DNA of 64,000 nt from Candidatus Brocadiia bacterium (lineage in GTDB: Bacteria > Planctomycetota > Brocadiia > SM23-32). The notes beneath the pieces were generated by a model. It was not told the DNA's origin and did no database searches. It was given only the letters and a program-made list of their open reading frames with translations. A program made the translations under genes and the position numbers. Below are positions 10,083 to 20,045 of this stretch, piece after piece. Where the stretch lies: NCBI GenBank assembly GCA_046538485.1, contig JBKHIT010000004.1, forward strand, positions 64,001-128,000. Direction: 5' to 3'. Position 1 is the first letter of the stretch. Each line of letters starts with the position of its first letter.

Positions 10083-10619
10083 ATGAAAAGGGTTTTGGAA
10101 GCCTTATTTGTGTGTGCTTTAATATTTCTTACAGGATGTTCGACGTTTGCTCAAGCGCCGCAGACAGCGGACGGGAGCAAGATTCAGATCAAGGTGGCCT
10201 GCAACCGGGGCAATCCCGACGAAATGAATGACGCCCAGTACAAACGTCGCATCCAGGTCGGCCGTTGGATGGAACGCGATCTTGTGAGGCTCCTTAACGA
10301 CGTCGGGTATGAAGCGAGTTTGATTGAGTCAGAAAACGATTATGAATCGGCAGCAAGGCGCTATCTCTTGAAAGTCAGCATTGAGAGTTACAATCCCGGC
10401 AGTACCGCCGGGCGCGCTTTTGTTGGTTACGGCGTGGGGGCGGCATCATTGAACAATCACTACGACTTTTATAAGGATCCTCCGGATGCCTTGCTGACCT
10501 GGGACGATGGCCGCGGCTCATCCCGTGGCTGGATGCACACTTGTCGAAAACTCAACATAGAGGCTATCACAAAAATTACTGATTACCTTAAAACCCAAAT
10601 GGCAAACGCTTCGCCATAG
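10083..10619 (+). CDS. Putative lipoprotein (DUF4410-like)
   Basis: RBS AAGGAG; MKRVLEALFVCALIFLTGC lipobox; YNPGSTAGRAFVGYGVGAA motif resembles DUF4410 proteins. Confidence 0.75.
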   Translation: MKRVLEALFVCALIFLTGCSTFAQAPQTADGSKIQIKVACNRGNPDEMNDAQYKRRIQVGRWMERDLVRLLNDVGYEASLIESENDYESAARRYLLKVSIESYNPGSTAGRAFVGYGVGAASLNNHYDFYKDPPDALLTWDDGRGSSRGWMHTCRKLNIEAITKITDYLKTQMANASP

Positions 10620-10843
10620 TGGTTTATAGAATGGCCGGTGCGAGTTTTCCCCCCTTTTATTTAAAAACTTATTACCACCAGAGATGGCATCACGCTTTCG
10701 GATGTCGAAGACAAACATCACCGAGATGGTTTTTGCGGCTGGCAACGGCGTCGTTTTGCATCGGACGCACGTACATTCCTGATCCCTGCCTCACAACGAG
10801 CATGCTAATAGCGCGCCGGGCGGTGTCCGTGCTCATCTCAAAA

Positions 10844-10886
10844 CGCTCGCAATGACAGCTTATGCTATTAGAACGTCATTGCGAGG
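10844..10886. repeat. CGTC-type REP half-sites, tail to head
   Basis: CGCTCGCAATGAC...CGTCATTGCGAGG; same terminal motif as 13530-13626 and 58614-58624. Confidence 0.6.
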
Positions 10887-11075
10887 AGGTGTGCGCCAAG
10901 GAAACCCGCGCCCAAAGCCAGCAACCAGCGCTCGTTTTGCCTGAAAAAACAAGCGGCCGACGATTCGGTCGAAGGAGTTTGGTTCGACACGCAGTAAATC
11001 GCTCCGAGGAGAGTGATTGGACCAGATTTTAGAATACGACGTTACGGGCATGTTAAACAAGGTTTCTCAGCTGCC

Positions 11076-11206
11076 TCAGGCCGCCCCATCCTTTGGTGTA
11101 CCCTCATGTTCTTCGCGTTTTCGCCAGCAGACGATACCGCCCAGTCCCGCGGCGAGCAGAGCGAGAGTTGTGCTGGCCGGCTCCGGACAGGTTGTATGCC
11201 CCCTCC
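11076..11206 (-). pseudogene. Remnant of a PEP-CTERM sorting-signal protein
   Basis: PEPASTTLALLAAGLGGIVCWRKR = PEP, TM helix, basic tail. Restoring one base upstream gives GGIQPVPEP. No intact upstream domain. Confidence 0.55.
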
Positions 11207-11262
11207 GCAGTCTCAGACGGTAAGGCGCCCCGTCGGCTTCACGCCATGACTTTCTTATCGAA

Positions 11263-11308
11263 ATTGACAAACAGCATTATTGACAAACAGCCTTCGCCAG
11301 ATTACACT
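11263..11308 (+). promoter_or_regulatory. sigma70 promoter with a duplicated -35 region
   Basis: TTGACA(11280)-N17-TACACT; 13-nt direct repeat ATTGACAAACAGC at 11263 and 11279. Confidence 0.55.
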
Positions 11309-11402
11309 CGGCTGCTCGGCGGCAAACGGCTGCTTGGTAGGCCCCTACCGAAGGAAGCGGACGATGCAACGACAAGAGGTAAATAACGCAAGAAGATTTG
11401 AG

Positions 11403-11996
11403 ATGCTAAATGTTACCTCTCTCGTGATTGGCTTTGTTGGTCTTCTTTTGTTGTCATCTGTTTGTGCTGGCACGCCGAACAAAAGCGAACGTCCCTGGTC
11501 TATATTCGCTTACGGAGGCAAATGGAGTGATAACCGCGTCGGTGAGATCACGCGCCTGCAAACAGAAAACAGAAGTTCGTATATTTGGGCAACAGGTATT
11601 TCTCGCGAGATTCACAGGTTTAATGATAACCTGCTTATGGAGACAGAATTCGTCCTGGCCCGGCACTCCGGCCTCCAGGAAAACTGGGAATGCAATGCCG
11701 CGGTAAATCTCCGCTGGGAGACTTTCCCCTGGGACGATTACGTAAATTCTACATTTTCCTACGGGCTCGGGTTTTCATACGCATTCGGTGACCCAGTGAT
11801 AGAAGAGGAAGACGACCAACATACCCACAGGTTGCTTTTTTCCATGCCCATCGAACTCACCCTGGCACCGCCAGCAAAGTATGATCCATCGTGGGACTTT
11901 TTTATACGGATTCACCACCGTTCGGGAGGCTACGGAATAATAGCCGACAATCAGGGCTCCAATTTCCTTACCTCCGGGCTGCGGTACCACTTTTAA
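11403..11996 (+). CDS. Outer-membrane beta-barrel protein, PagL/acyloxyacyl hydrolase-like
   Basis: Signal peptide, alternating beta-strand pattern, RIHHRSG motif, GSNFLTSGLRYHF with terminal Phe; alternative start at 11364. Confidence 0.7.
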   Translation: MLNVTSLVIGFVGLLLLSSVCAGTPNKSERPWSIFAYGGKWSDNRVGEITRLQTENRSSYIWATGISREIHRFNDNLLMETEFVLARHSGLQENWECNAAVNLRWETFPWDDYVNSTFSYGLGFSYAFGDPVIEEEDDQHTHRLLFSMPIELTLAPPAKYDPSWDFFIRIHHRSGGYGIIADNQGSNFLTSGLRYHF

Positions 11997-12105
11997 ACAC
12001 ATTTTCGGAGCCGACCGCCGGGCAGCTGCAATGCGGAATCTCTTAGCGTGAATTATCCGAGAAAGTTTTACATGCGGTCCATAAATACGGAAAACAAAAA
12101 CAATC

Positions 12106-13200
12106 CCAACCTGTTATAACGGCAAGTGGCACCTCGGCAACGAAGTCTTCCGTCAGCACGGTTTTGATGAATGGATCAGCATTGAAGACATGTATCGTTC
12201 CTACTACAGCCAGCAACGCGATCCCAATACTCACAGCTCGTATCACAACTGGCTCGTGAAAAAGGGCATGGAGCCAACCGAGACACACCCCGACGGGTTT
12301 CCACGGTTCAGCCGCGCGACTTCGGCGCGTCTGCCCGAAGAACTCTCGAAAACCGCGTTCCAGGCCGAGGAAGCGTCACAATTCATACGTAAAAATGCGG
12401 GAAGCCCGTGGATTCTGCACGTCAATTTCCTTCCCCCCCACGCCCCATTCTTTGGACCACGCGACGACGAGCACCCGCGGGAGGAGGTCCATCTGCCCGA
12501 AAATCTTGAGGCGCCGGTACTTGAAACAAATTGGGAAAGCGCGCGTGGATATTTCCGCGATCTTTTCGGAGACATTCCCGTGCTCTATTTCAACGGCACG
12601 AGCGGCGATATCAGCCTTGAGAATCAACTGACCAAACACTACCATCCGGAGACCAACGAGCAAAAAATGGCCCGGGCCGCGCATCTCGTCACCGGGGAGA
12701 CACTGCGGCTTTTGCATGAGACGCCATTTTCTGAAGAGCTCCGGATAAACTGTGCACACAAGGAGCTGGCCGTGCCGATACGTTTGCCATCTGAAGATCG
12801 CATGGCGTGGGCACGTGAGAGGCTCGACAACGCACGAGCCAACGGGGAACTCAATCTGGAAGTCGCCACTGCTTATCAGATGAAGGTACTCCACGACAGA
12901 TTTGCCGCCGACCCGGTCGAGGCGGTGGATATCCACGTCGGGAGTATCGGCGACCTCGCTTTTGTTACGGCGCCGTGCGAGCTGTTCACCAGGTTTGGCA
13001 AACATATCAAAGCCAGGAGCCCGTTCGAGCACACCGCGATCTTCGGACATGTGAATGGTCTGATGGGCTACTGTCCCACCACGGCCGGCATTATCGGCGG
13101 TCATTGGGGCGGCGATCCCATGTACGGTTGCCGTTGGGAGGAAACAACCGGCTATCGACTCGTGGACGAAGCGAGCGCACTGTTGTATTCGCTGAGATGA
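12106..13200 (+). pseudogene. Chimeric ORF: internal sulfatase fragment fused in frame to the C-terminal half of a neutral ceramidase-like hydrolase
   Basis: In frame upstream of ATG 12190 is TCYNGKWHLGNEVFRQHGFDEW (sulfatase GKWHLG), then PWILHVNFLPPHAPF. After about 12540 come YFNGTSGDIS and GDLAFVTAPCELF...NGLMGYCPT. No CxPxR motif; in-frame stop at 12082. Confidence 0.7.
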
Positions 13201-13340
13201 CGGAGCTATCCCGTGCGCTTGTGGCAAATGCTGGCTTGCATCTTACGAATGCAAGCTATAGAAAACGGCATCCGGGTCTGCCACCCGATCCACAGGCGGC
13301 CCCTGGCGGGCGTTTGTCATTTTTCCGTTTCTGTTTTAGG

Positions 13341-13383
13341 CCGCATTCTGAACTCCAGTCTCCGGCTGAAGTCCAGCCTGCTG
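13341..13383 (-). repeat. REP-like family A, copy 2
   Basis: Reverse complement of copy 1 with 4 mismatches. Confidence 0.85.
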
Positions 13384-13529
13384 CAAACGACCGAGCCACT
13401 GAAGGGGCTTACTACGAACCTGACGATGATTTCGTGGCTTGTGATAAGTCTCCAAGCGTGCAATTTCGCAGGAACATGTTTTTAGTGGACCGCTTCAGCG
13501 CTGTTTAGCCTGAGGATCCCTCGACATAG

Positions 13530-13626
13530 GTCATTGCGAGTCCATCGTAAGATGGGCGAAGCAATCTTGTCGTTGACTTCACCCAACAGCGAGATTGCCG
13601 CGATGTCGGAGGTAGCTCGCAATGGC
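13530..13626. repeat. CGTC-type REP/MITE-like element, full length
   Basis: GTCATTGCGAG...GAAGCAATCT...GAGATTGCCGCG...CTCGCAATGGC with nested inverted repeats. Confidence 0.7.
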
Positions 13627-13756
13627 CTGTGTGCTCCAAAATGTCTAACGCAACTTACGCTAAGCGTATAAGTCGCTTCAGCGGTCAGTTGTGCTGCGAT
13701 ATGGATAAAGGAAACGACTCCTGGTTCGGAAGTACTTTCAAAAGGGAGGCAATGCG

Positions 13757-15588
13757 ATGAGATCATGGGCTGAATGGCTCGATCGGACGGCGCAGGATAC
13801 CTCACTCGAATCCCACCGCCGGCAATTTGTTAAATCGGCCGAAAAAATCCTGCAAACGCCACTAATACGCCGCGTCTACACGTACGACGAAGTCGGAGAA
13901 AACCGCACAAGACTCGACGGACGTGCCGAATATCTGGAAGATGAAATTCGCGAGACTTTTGCCCTGGCGATGTCCGATTGTTCCACCAACGGGACCGCCG
14001 CAAAAGAGCTGCCATTGCTGGCCGCGGCGTATCGGCTGACGGGGCGAGAGGATTTTCGGCAACGTCTCGTGGAACAGCTCCGAGAAATGACCACGTGGTT
14101 GCCTTTGCAACGCCCCGGGTGGACGCTTTTTAAACCGGGTGCGCGCCTGCCAGAAGATGGTATGGACGGAAGCTGGCTGGCCACGGGCTCGGGCGTGCGG
14201 GCCATCGGCGATGCACTCGAAATCATGCCGGACGAATCGATTCCTCAGGAGTTGCTCAATGGTTTACATGAACTGCTGGAACGCGAAATAGAACAGATCG
14301 TGGGCGATTGGCGGGAGAAACGGCAGTGGTTTGTTCGCACAGAAAATCCCCGGACAAACCAGTGGGCTCTGCCGACCGAAGGCTTGGTCCGCGCATGTTT
14401 GATCAAAGGCCCACAACAGTGCGAAGAACAATATCAACTCGGTGTTAAAATCTGATGGCTTCCCTGCATTCCCACGGAGAACACGGGGAATTCGATGAAG
14501 GCGTGGGATACGCCGGCATGACCGTCTGGTCCCTGGCGAATGCCGCCCGCGCAATGGCTTTGACCGGCGATCGGCGAGCGATTGAACATCCGTTCCTGCA
14601 ACGATTCCCCCGGTGGTATATCCATCATCTCCAACCGGGCGGTATGCTGGTCAACGCATTCGACGCCGGTGGGGCAAGTCGGGGGCGACAGAATGTCTTG
14701 TTGCCAATTCTTGCCCTGCTGGCGATATGCACGCGGGCCGACGAGGCGCTCTGGACCGTGCAACACTATTTCGAGGAACCTCCTGAAGGGCTGGTTGGTC
14801 TGGCTGTTAGCACACTTGATGGGGTATCTGAGGAGAATGCCCCTGCCCTTTATGCTCACTATCCCCGCGCAACGAGAATCAACTGGCGAAGTTCTTGGGC
14901 CGACGATGCGGACGGAGTATGGGTGCGTGGAGGGCATACCAAAGACCAACACCATCACCACGATATGGGACACGTCAATTATATCGCAGGCGGTCGGCCG
15001 ATACTCATCGAAGCTGGCACGCCAAACTATTCGAATCCGAAGATGGCCAGTCATTATGCCTCGGGGGCCGGGCACAATGTGCTTCAGCTGGGTGCTGACG
15101 AACCCGAAACCGCCGAACATAATAGTCTCTGGCAAACACCCCCCGGCTGGCAATCCCGCGACTCCGAAGCCCCGATCCACGTCACGGAGCTGAATCCTGA
15201 GGGAGCCTCTGTCGCGGTGACCGTTGAAAGCGGCTATGACGGGCTGAAACTGTGGGAGCGCCACGTGATATGGGACAACACGAGATTGATTGTGAAGGAC
15301 AACGTCCACTTGCTTGAAAACCGACAAAACATCGTTCTGTTCCGCTGGCACCTGGGCACCGAAACCGATGTTGACATCAAGCATCATTCAGACACACAGG
15401 ATGAGCTGGCATGGCCGGACGCTATCATGGTCCTGGAGGGTTCAGAGCCCCTGGAAGTGGGACAAAAGAAGATGCCGGATCACACGCTTGAATCAGAGGA
15501 TGACCGGCATCTGCATACCTGCATCAGGATCCTTTCAGCTGACCCGACGAATTCACTCAAAGTCAAAACCAAAATCACACTTAGTTGA
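13757..15588 (+). pseudogene. Heparinase II/III family protein split by a 1-nt frameshift (ORFs 13757-14455 and 14455-15588)
   Basis: RBS GGAGG. Adding one A to AAAA at 14447-14450 gives continuous GVKNLMASLHSHGEHGEFDEGVGY. The C-terminal part has HHHHDMGH, ILIEAGTPNY and GHNVL, typical of heparinase II/III. Confidence 0.75.
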
Positions 15589-15705
15589 CGTCACCAAACA
15601 GCGAGAGCTTGCCGATGGACTTCCGGGCTCCCGGAGACGGATGGGAAGCGTAAAATCCGAGAGACGCTCTTGGTGCCAACAGGTTTTTTGGCACACCCCA
15701 TGCAT

Positions 15706-15769
15706 CATTGGCCCGCCCCAAGTCCAGTTTCGCCCGCTGGTGGCGGGCTCAGCTGAACTCGAGTCTACA
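15706..15769 (+). repeat. Palindromic element family B, copy 2
   Basis: Aligns with 9406-9468, with a compensatory change in the inner hairpin. Confidence 0.75.
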
Positions 15770-15777
15770 TTTCCGGT

Positions 15778-15829
15778 GAGCGGACTGGACTTTAGAACCG
15801 CTTTCGCGGGGCTGGAGTTCAGAACGCGG
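15778..15829 (+). repeat. REP-like family A, copy 3 (expanded loop)
   Basis: GAGCGGACTGGACTTTAG-AACCGCTTTCGCGGGG-CTGGAGTTCAGAACGCGG. Confidence 0.8.
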
Positions 15830-16044
15830 GCCGAGCGCAAGCACGTAATGCAGCAGCCCAGAATCACGGGCTTAAATCGCACGAGAACGGGGCTCGGACC
15901 GTCGTTTCCCCCGGCGAGCCCGCCTGATTGACGCTGATATTCTCAGGCCCAAATGCCGAGAATTAATGCCTCCCTTGCAGGTCTGTTGGCTCGACGATAC
16001 CATACGCATCCTTTTCCCATCGATTTTGCGTTGGAGGACCGGGC

Positions 16045-18179
16045 ATGAAGCCCACGCACCTTCGCATTGATGATCACCCTCTGCCGATTGGGATTGATAA
16101 TCCGCAGCCTACCTTTTCATGGCACATTCAATCGCAAGACCGCGATATCACCCAATCGGCCTGCCGGGTTCTGGTCGCCATCGACCCCGATTTGTTGGAG
16201 TTGGAGAAGCCGGACGTATGGGATAGCGACAAATTGAACACGCCCCGTTCGACGTACGTGCGATACGAGGGCCCGCGGCTGCTCGGCCAGAAGATTTTCT
16301 GGTGGAAGGTCCGCATTTGGGACACAGACGGAACAGAGAGCGAGTGGAGCCAGCCAGCGTATTTCGGCACCGGCCCGCAGGAGGATCAATGGCGGGCCGA
16401 CTGGATTGGCGCCGGCCCGGCGACAGAACCCAGATTACTCGGCGACTTTGAGTTTACACAAGAAGGCGATCTCGCGGATAGTGTCGAGGTCAACCTGCGA
16501 AGTCCGCTTTTGCGTCGCGAATTCCCTGCGCACAAGAATGTGCAACGAGCACGCATTTTTGTCTGCGGTCTGGGGTACTATGAACTGCGTCTGAACGGAA
16601 AGAAAGTCGGGGATTCTGTCCTGACCCCTTCCCGCACGCATTACCGGAAAGTTGCCCTATACGACGCTTACGATGTGACCGGCCTGTTGAACGAGGGACA
16701 CAATGCTCTCGGCCTTATGCTCGGCAACGGCTGGTTCAATCCGGCCCGAAAATACTGGGGCTGGCAAATGCAGTGGTACGGGAATCCGCGGGCAATCCTT
16801 CAGGCTTACCTTCGCTACGAAGACGGTTCCGAGGAAACTATTTGCTCGGACCAAAGCTGGAAAACACATCCCGGTCCCATTCTTCGCACCTGTCTCTACG
16901 ATGGTGAACATTACGACGCACGGCTGGAACAGAACGGATGGGATGGATGGGGGACGCACATGTGGCATGTTCCCAGGCCCTGTGCAATTTCAGCGCCATA
17001 CGCTTTTATCGGAAATGGATGCGGGACGTGCGCGAACAGCAGTTGCCCAGCGGAGACATCCCTTACATCTGTCCCCGTCCCACCAGTGACGGCACACCGT
17101 GTTGGTCCAGCGCCGGTGTACTCGTGCCGTGGTATTGCTACGAGGCGTCGGGAGATATTCGATTCCTAAACGAAAATTACGAAATGATGAAAGGGTATCT
17201 GGATTTTCTCTGCGAAACGGCGGACGATTTAATCCTGCCGCGCGACAGATACGGCGATCATTCCACGCCCCATCGTGGCGGATCCTATACCCGCGGCGAC
17301 CCGGAGATGTCGAGCTCCTGGTATCTGCTCTACAACGCCATGCTACTGGCCAGTTCGGCAAATCTACTCGGCTACGAGGAAGATGCAAAACAGTACGAGA
17401 AGCTGGCGGATGATGCACGGGCAGCGATTCACCAGCGTTTTTACAATCCGGGCAAAGAAACCTACGACGATGGTTCACAATGTGCGATGATCATGGCGCT
17501 TTACCTTGATGTCCCGCCTGATAGTGAGATTTATAAGAAGGTCGAAGCCAATTTGCTGAAAAGCATTAATGTGGTATGCCAGGGACGCCTCGGCGTGGGG
17601 ATTCTGGGGACCCGCTATGCAATGGAACTGCTGACGAGGCTCGGCCATCTGAATACAGCCTGGCATCTGGCAACATCAACCGATTACCCTTCCTGGGGTT
17701 ACATGACCAAAGGCCGAACGACGTTGAGCGAACAGTGGAACCAGTATTTCGGATCCAACAATCATGTGATGTTCGGGAGCGTCGATACCTGGTTCTACGA
17801 GACGCTCGCTGGAATCAATGTGGATTTGAGCCAAAACGAAGAAAAGCTCTGGCTGGCACCGTGGTTCGAAGCTGACCTTGAACATTGTCGCGCCGCTCGC
17901 GAAATCCCTCAGGGACGAATTTTGTCGGAGTGGCGCCGAGAGGATGGAGAAATGGAATGGCGGGTCGAACTGCCCCATAATACGCGGGCGACCTTGCGCA
18001 TACCGAACGGTCCTCGTCTCGCAGAAGCGGACAATGTAATCTGGGACGGCGCGCCGCAAAATCCGGCCTCTGGAATCGGAGATATACGCCTCGTGGATGA
18101 TTCTCTTGAAATTAAAATCGGCTCGGGGAACTACCGTTTCACCTGGCCGCAAACAAAAAAGCAATCCGGTGTTGAATAG
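16045..18179 (+). pseudogene. GH78 alpha-L-rhamnosidase with internal deletion and frameshift (ORFs 16045-17169 and 16938-18179)
   Basis: Frame 1 is the GH78 N-terminus (PIGIDNPQPTFSW, LLRREF, GLGYYELRLNG, YDGEHYDARLE). Frame 2 starts at ERMGWMGDA and has YPSWGYM, TTLSEQW, SNNHVMFG. The central domain and DCPQR are missing. Confidence 0.85.
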
Positions 18180-18192
18180 GAGACAAATCAGA

Positions 18193-18759
18193 ATGAAAGC
18201 AGTATTGATCGGAGACTCAATCCGGATGGGCTACCAGCCATTGGTTCAAGAAAAATGTGAAGTGGCCGATGTCTGGGGACCGGCCGAGAATTGTCGTCAC
18301 AGTCTGTGGGCTCTTGATCATTTTCAGGAATGGGTGGCCGATCGGGATCCGGATCTTGTTCATGTTAATTTCGGCATTCATGATGCTGTGATTCAACCTG
18401 ACGGGGAACACCAGATTCTTCTTCCGCAGTATCGTCTTTGTCTGAAGCGATTTATCACAAAGGTCGAGGTACTGGGCAAGACCCGCATGATATGGGCTAC
18501 TACCAGTCCGCTTTACACCCCCGATCAGGAAAAACCTATGAATGAGTGGCAGATTCGGGAACGAGCTGAGGTTGACAAATACAACGCCGCGGCTCTGGAA
18601 ATCGTTGAGGAAGCCGGAGTGGCTGTCAACGACCTCCATGAAGTCATCATACGTAACGACTTTGCAAAATGTCTCCGAGAAGACGGATGCCACATGACGG
18701 AATTCGGGAACGAAGTTTTGTCGGACGCCGTCGCGCAAGCAATCGCCGAAGCAATGTAG
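18193..18759 (+). CDS. SGNH/GDSL hydrolase
   Basis: LIGDSIRMGY, NFGIHD, DGCHM catalytic blocks. Confidence 0.9.
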   Translation: MKAVLIGDSIRMGYQPLVQEKCEVADVWGPAENCRHSLWALDHFQEWVADRDPDLVHVNFGIHDAVIQPDGEHQILLPQYRLCLKRFITKVEVLGKTRMIWATTSPLYTPDQEKPMNEWQIRERAEVDKYNAAALEIVEEAGVAVNDLHEVIIRNDFAKCLREDGCHMTEFGNEVLSDAVAQAIAEAM

Positions 18760-18763
18760 ATTT

Positions 18764-18831
18764 TGTGAAAGCCATCTTACGTGCCTGGCCGTAATTTTTG
18801 TGGCAAAGCCATAACTCAGATTGCTTTCACA
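18764..18831. repeat. 68-bp intergenic element with 14-bp terminal inverted repeats
   Basis: TGTGAAAGCCATCT ... AGATTGCTTTCACA (13/14 complementary). Confidence 0.55.
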
Positions 18832-18869
18832 GGACTCCATATCTTTGCACTTTTTGAGGCTTATTGACT

Positions 18870-20003
18870 ATGGATATCGAAATAGATGGTGACTTTCCGG
18901 GCGGTAACATTGAAGTCGAGAGAATCGATGGCTCCGAAATCTTTTTTCACCAGCAGCTCCGCGATACGACGCGGGATTGGTTCTATTGGTGTTTGCGTCT
19001 GCGGGCTTCTGCAGGAAAAGACCTGCACTTCAATTTCACCAAAAGCCGCGCGCTCGGCGTTCGGGGGCCCGCGGTTTCCACCGATGAAGGCATAACATGG
19101 TCGTGGTTAGGTGCGGAAACTGTTCACGATAACGATTTCGCTTATACCATGCCCGAGAACCCATTGGAAGTCCGACTGAGTTTCGCGATGCCCTACCTGG
19201 AAAGCCACTGGCAGAGATTCGTCAATAATTTAAACCATCCCGAATTACTGATACAGAGAACGCTTTGCAAAACCGCCGGTGGGCGCGATGTACACTACGC
19301 CCTCTTCGGCAACCTGGGGCGAGAACCAGATCATCGGGTCGCCATCACCTGCCGCCACCACTGCTGCGAGATGATGGCCAACGACGCCCTCGAGGGTATT
19401 ATCAGCTGGACTCTCAATGATTCCGGGAAAGACGCACGCTGGTTACGTGAACATGCCCGGTTTTTTGCCGTCCCCTTCGTCGATAAAGACGGGGTCGAGA
19501 ACGGAGACCAGGGCAAGGGCCGGCATCCGCGCGATCACGGAAGGGACTACGAGGGAGAAAGTCTTTACGCTTCGACAGCAGCGATTCGCAAACTGGTTCC
19601 GGATTGGGGAGAGGGCAAACTTCATTTGGCCCTCGATTTACACTGCCCCCATATTTCGGGGCCACATAATGAAGTAATATACCTGGTTGGGTCGCAACAG
19701 GAGGCCATTGATCAAGAGCAGCGCCGTTTTGGGAAACTTCTCGAATCGGTCAACGAAGGCCAATTGCCGTTTCACGCTGAGAATTTTTTGCCTTTTGGCA
19801 CATCCTGGAATACCGGGGACAATTATGGAGGCGGCAAGAGTTTCAGCCGGTGGGCTGCTGAAATCCCGAGTATCGCCCTGTCAACCGGTATTGAAATTCC
19901 TTACGCAAACGCAAGCGATACCGAGGTGAACCAGGAATCCGCGCGAAGTTTTGGAGAAGATCTTGGGCGCGCTATAGCCAGTTATCTGCAACAATTATCC
20001 TGA
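18870..20003 (+). CDS. M14 family zinc carboxypeptidase-like protein
   Basis: DFPGGNI N-terminus, WFYW, RHHCCE (HxxE), DKDGVENG, LDLH. Confidence 0.85.
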   Translation: MDIEIDGDFPGGNIEVERIDGSEIFFHQQLRDTTRDWFYWCLRLRASAGKDLHFNFTKSRALGVRGPAVSTDEGITWSWLGAETVHDNDFAYTMPENPLEVRLSFAMPYLESHWQRFVNNLNHPELLIQRTLCKTAGGRDVHYALFGNLGREPDHRVAITCRHHCCEMMANDALEGIISWTLNDSGKDARWLREHARFFAVPFVDKDGVENGDQGKGRHPRDHGRDYEGESLYASTAAIRKLVPDWGEGKLHLALDLHCPHISGPHNEVIYLVGSQQEAIDQEQRRFGKLLESVNEGQLPFHAENFLPFGTSWNTGDNYGGGKSFSRWAAEIPSIALSTGIEIPYANASDTEVNQESARSFGEDLGRAIASYLQQLS

Positions 20004-20045
20004 AACCGCGTCAGATCGACATAAAAGTCCAATAAGAGGATATCC

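Noticed and set aside
9205..11077. IS-end-like motifs (GAGCCGTTGAGAAAA near 9208, GTTTCTCAGCTGCCT near 11062; similar GGCTGTTGA near 58550)
   Set aside because: Short and degenerate, with no transposase or target-site duplication visible.
14434..15387. 317-aa minus-strand ORF, and similar long overlapping ORFs (12376-13227, 45643-46614, 62161-63156)
   Set aside because: Antisense or alternate-frame shadows of well-supported genes.
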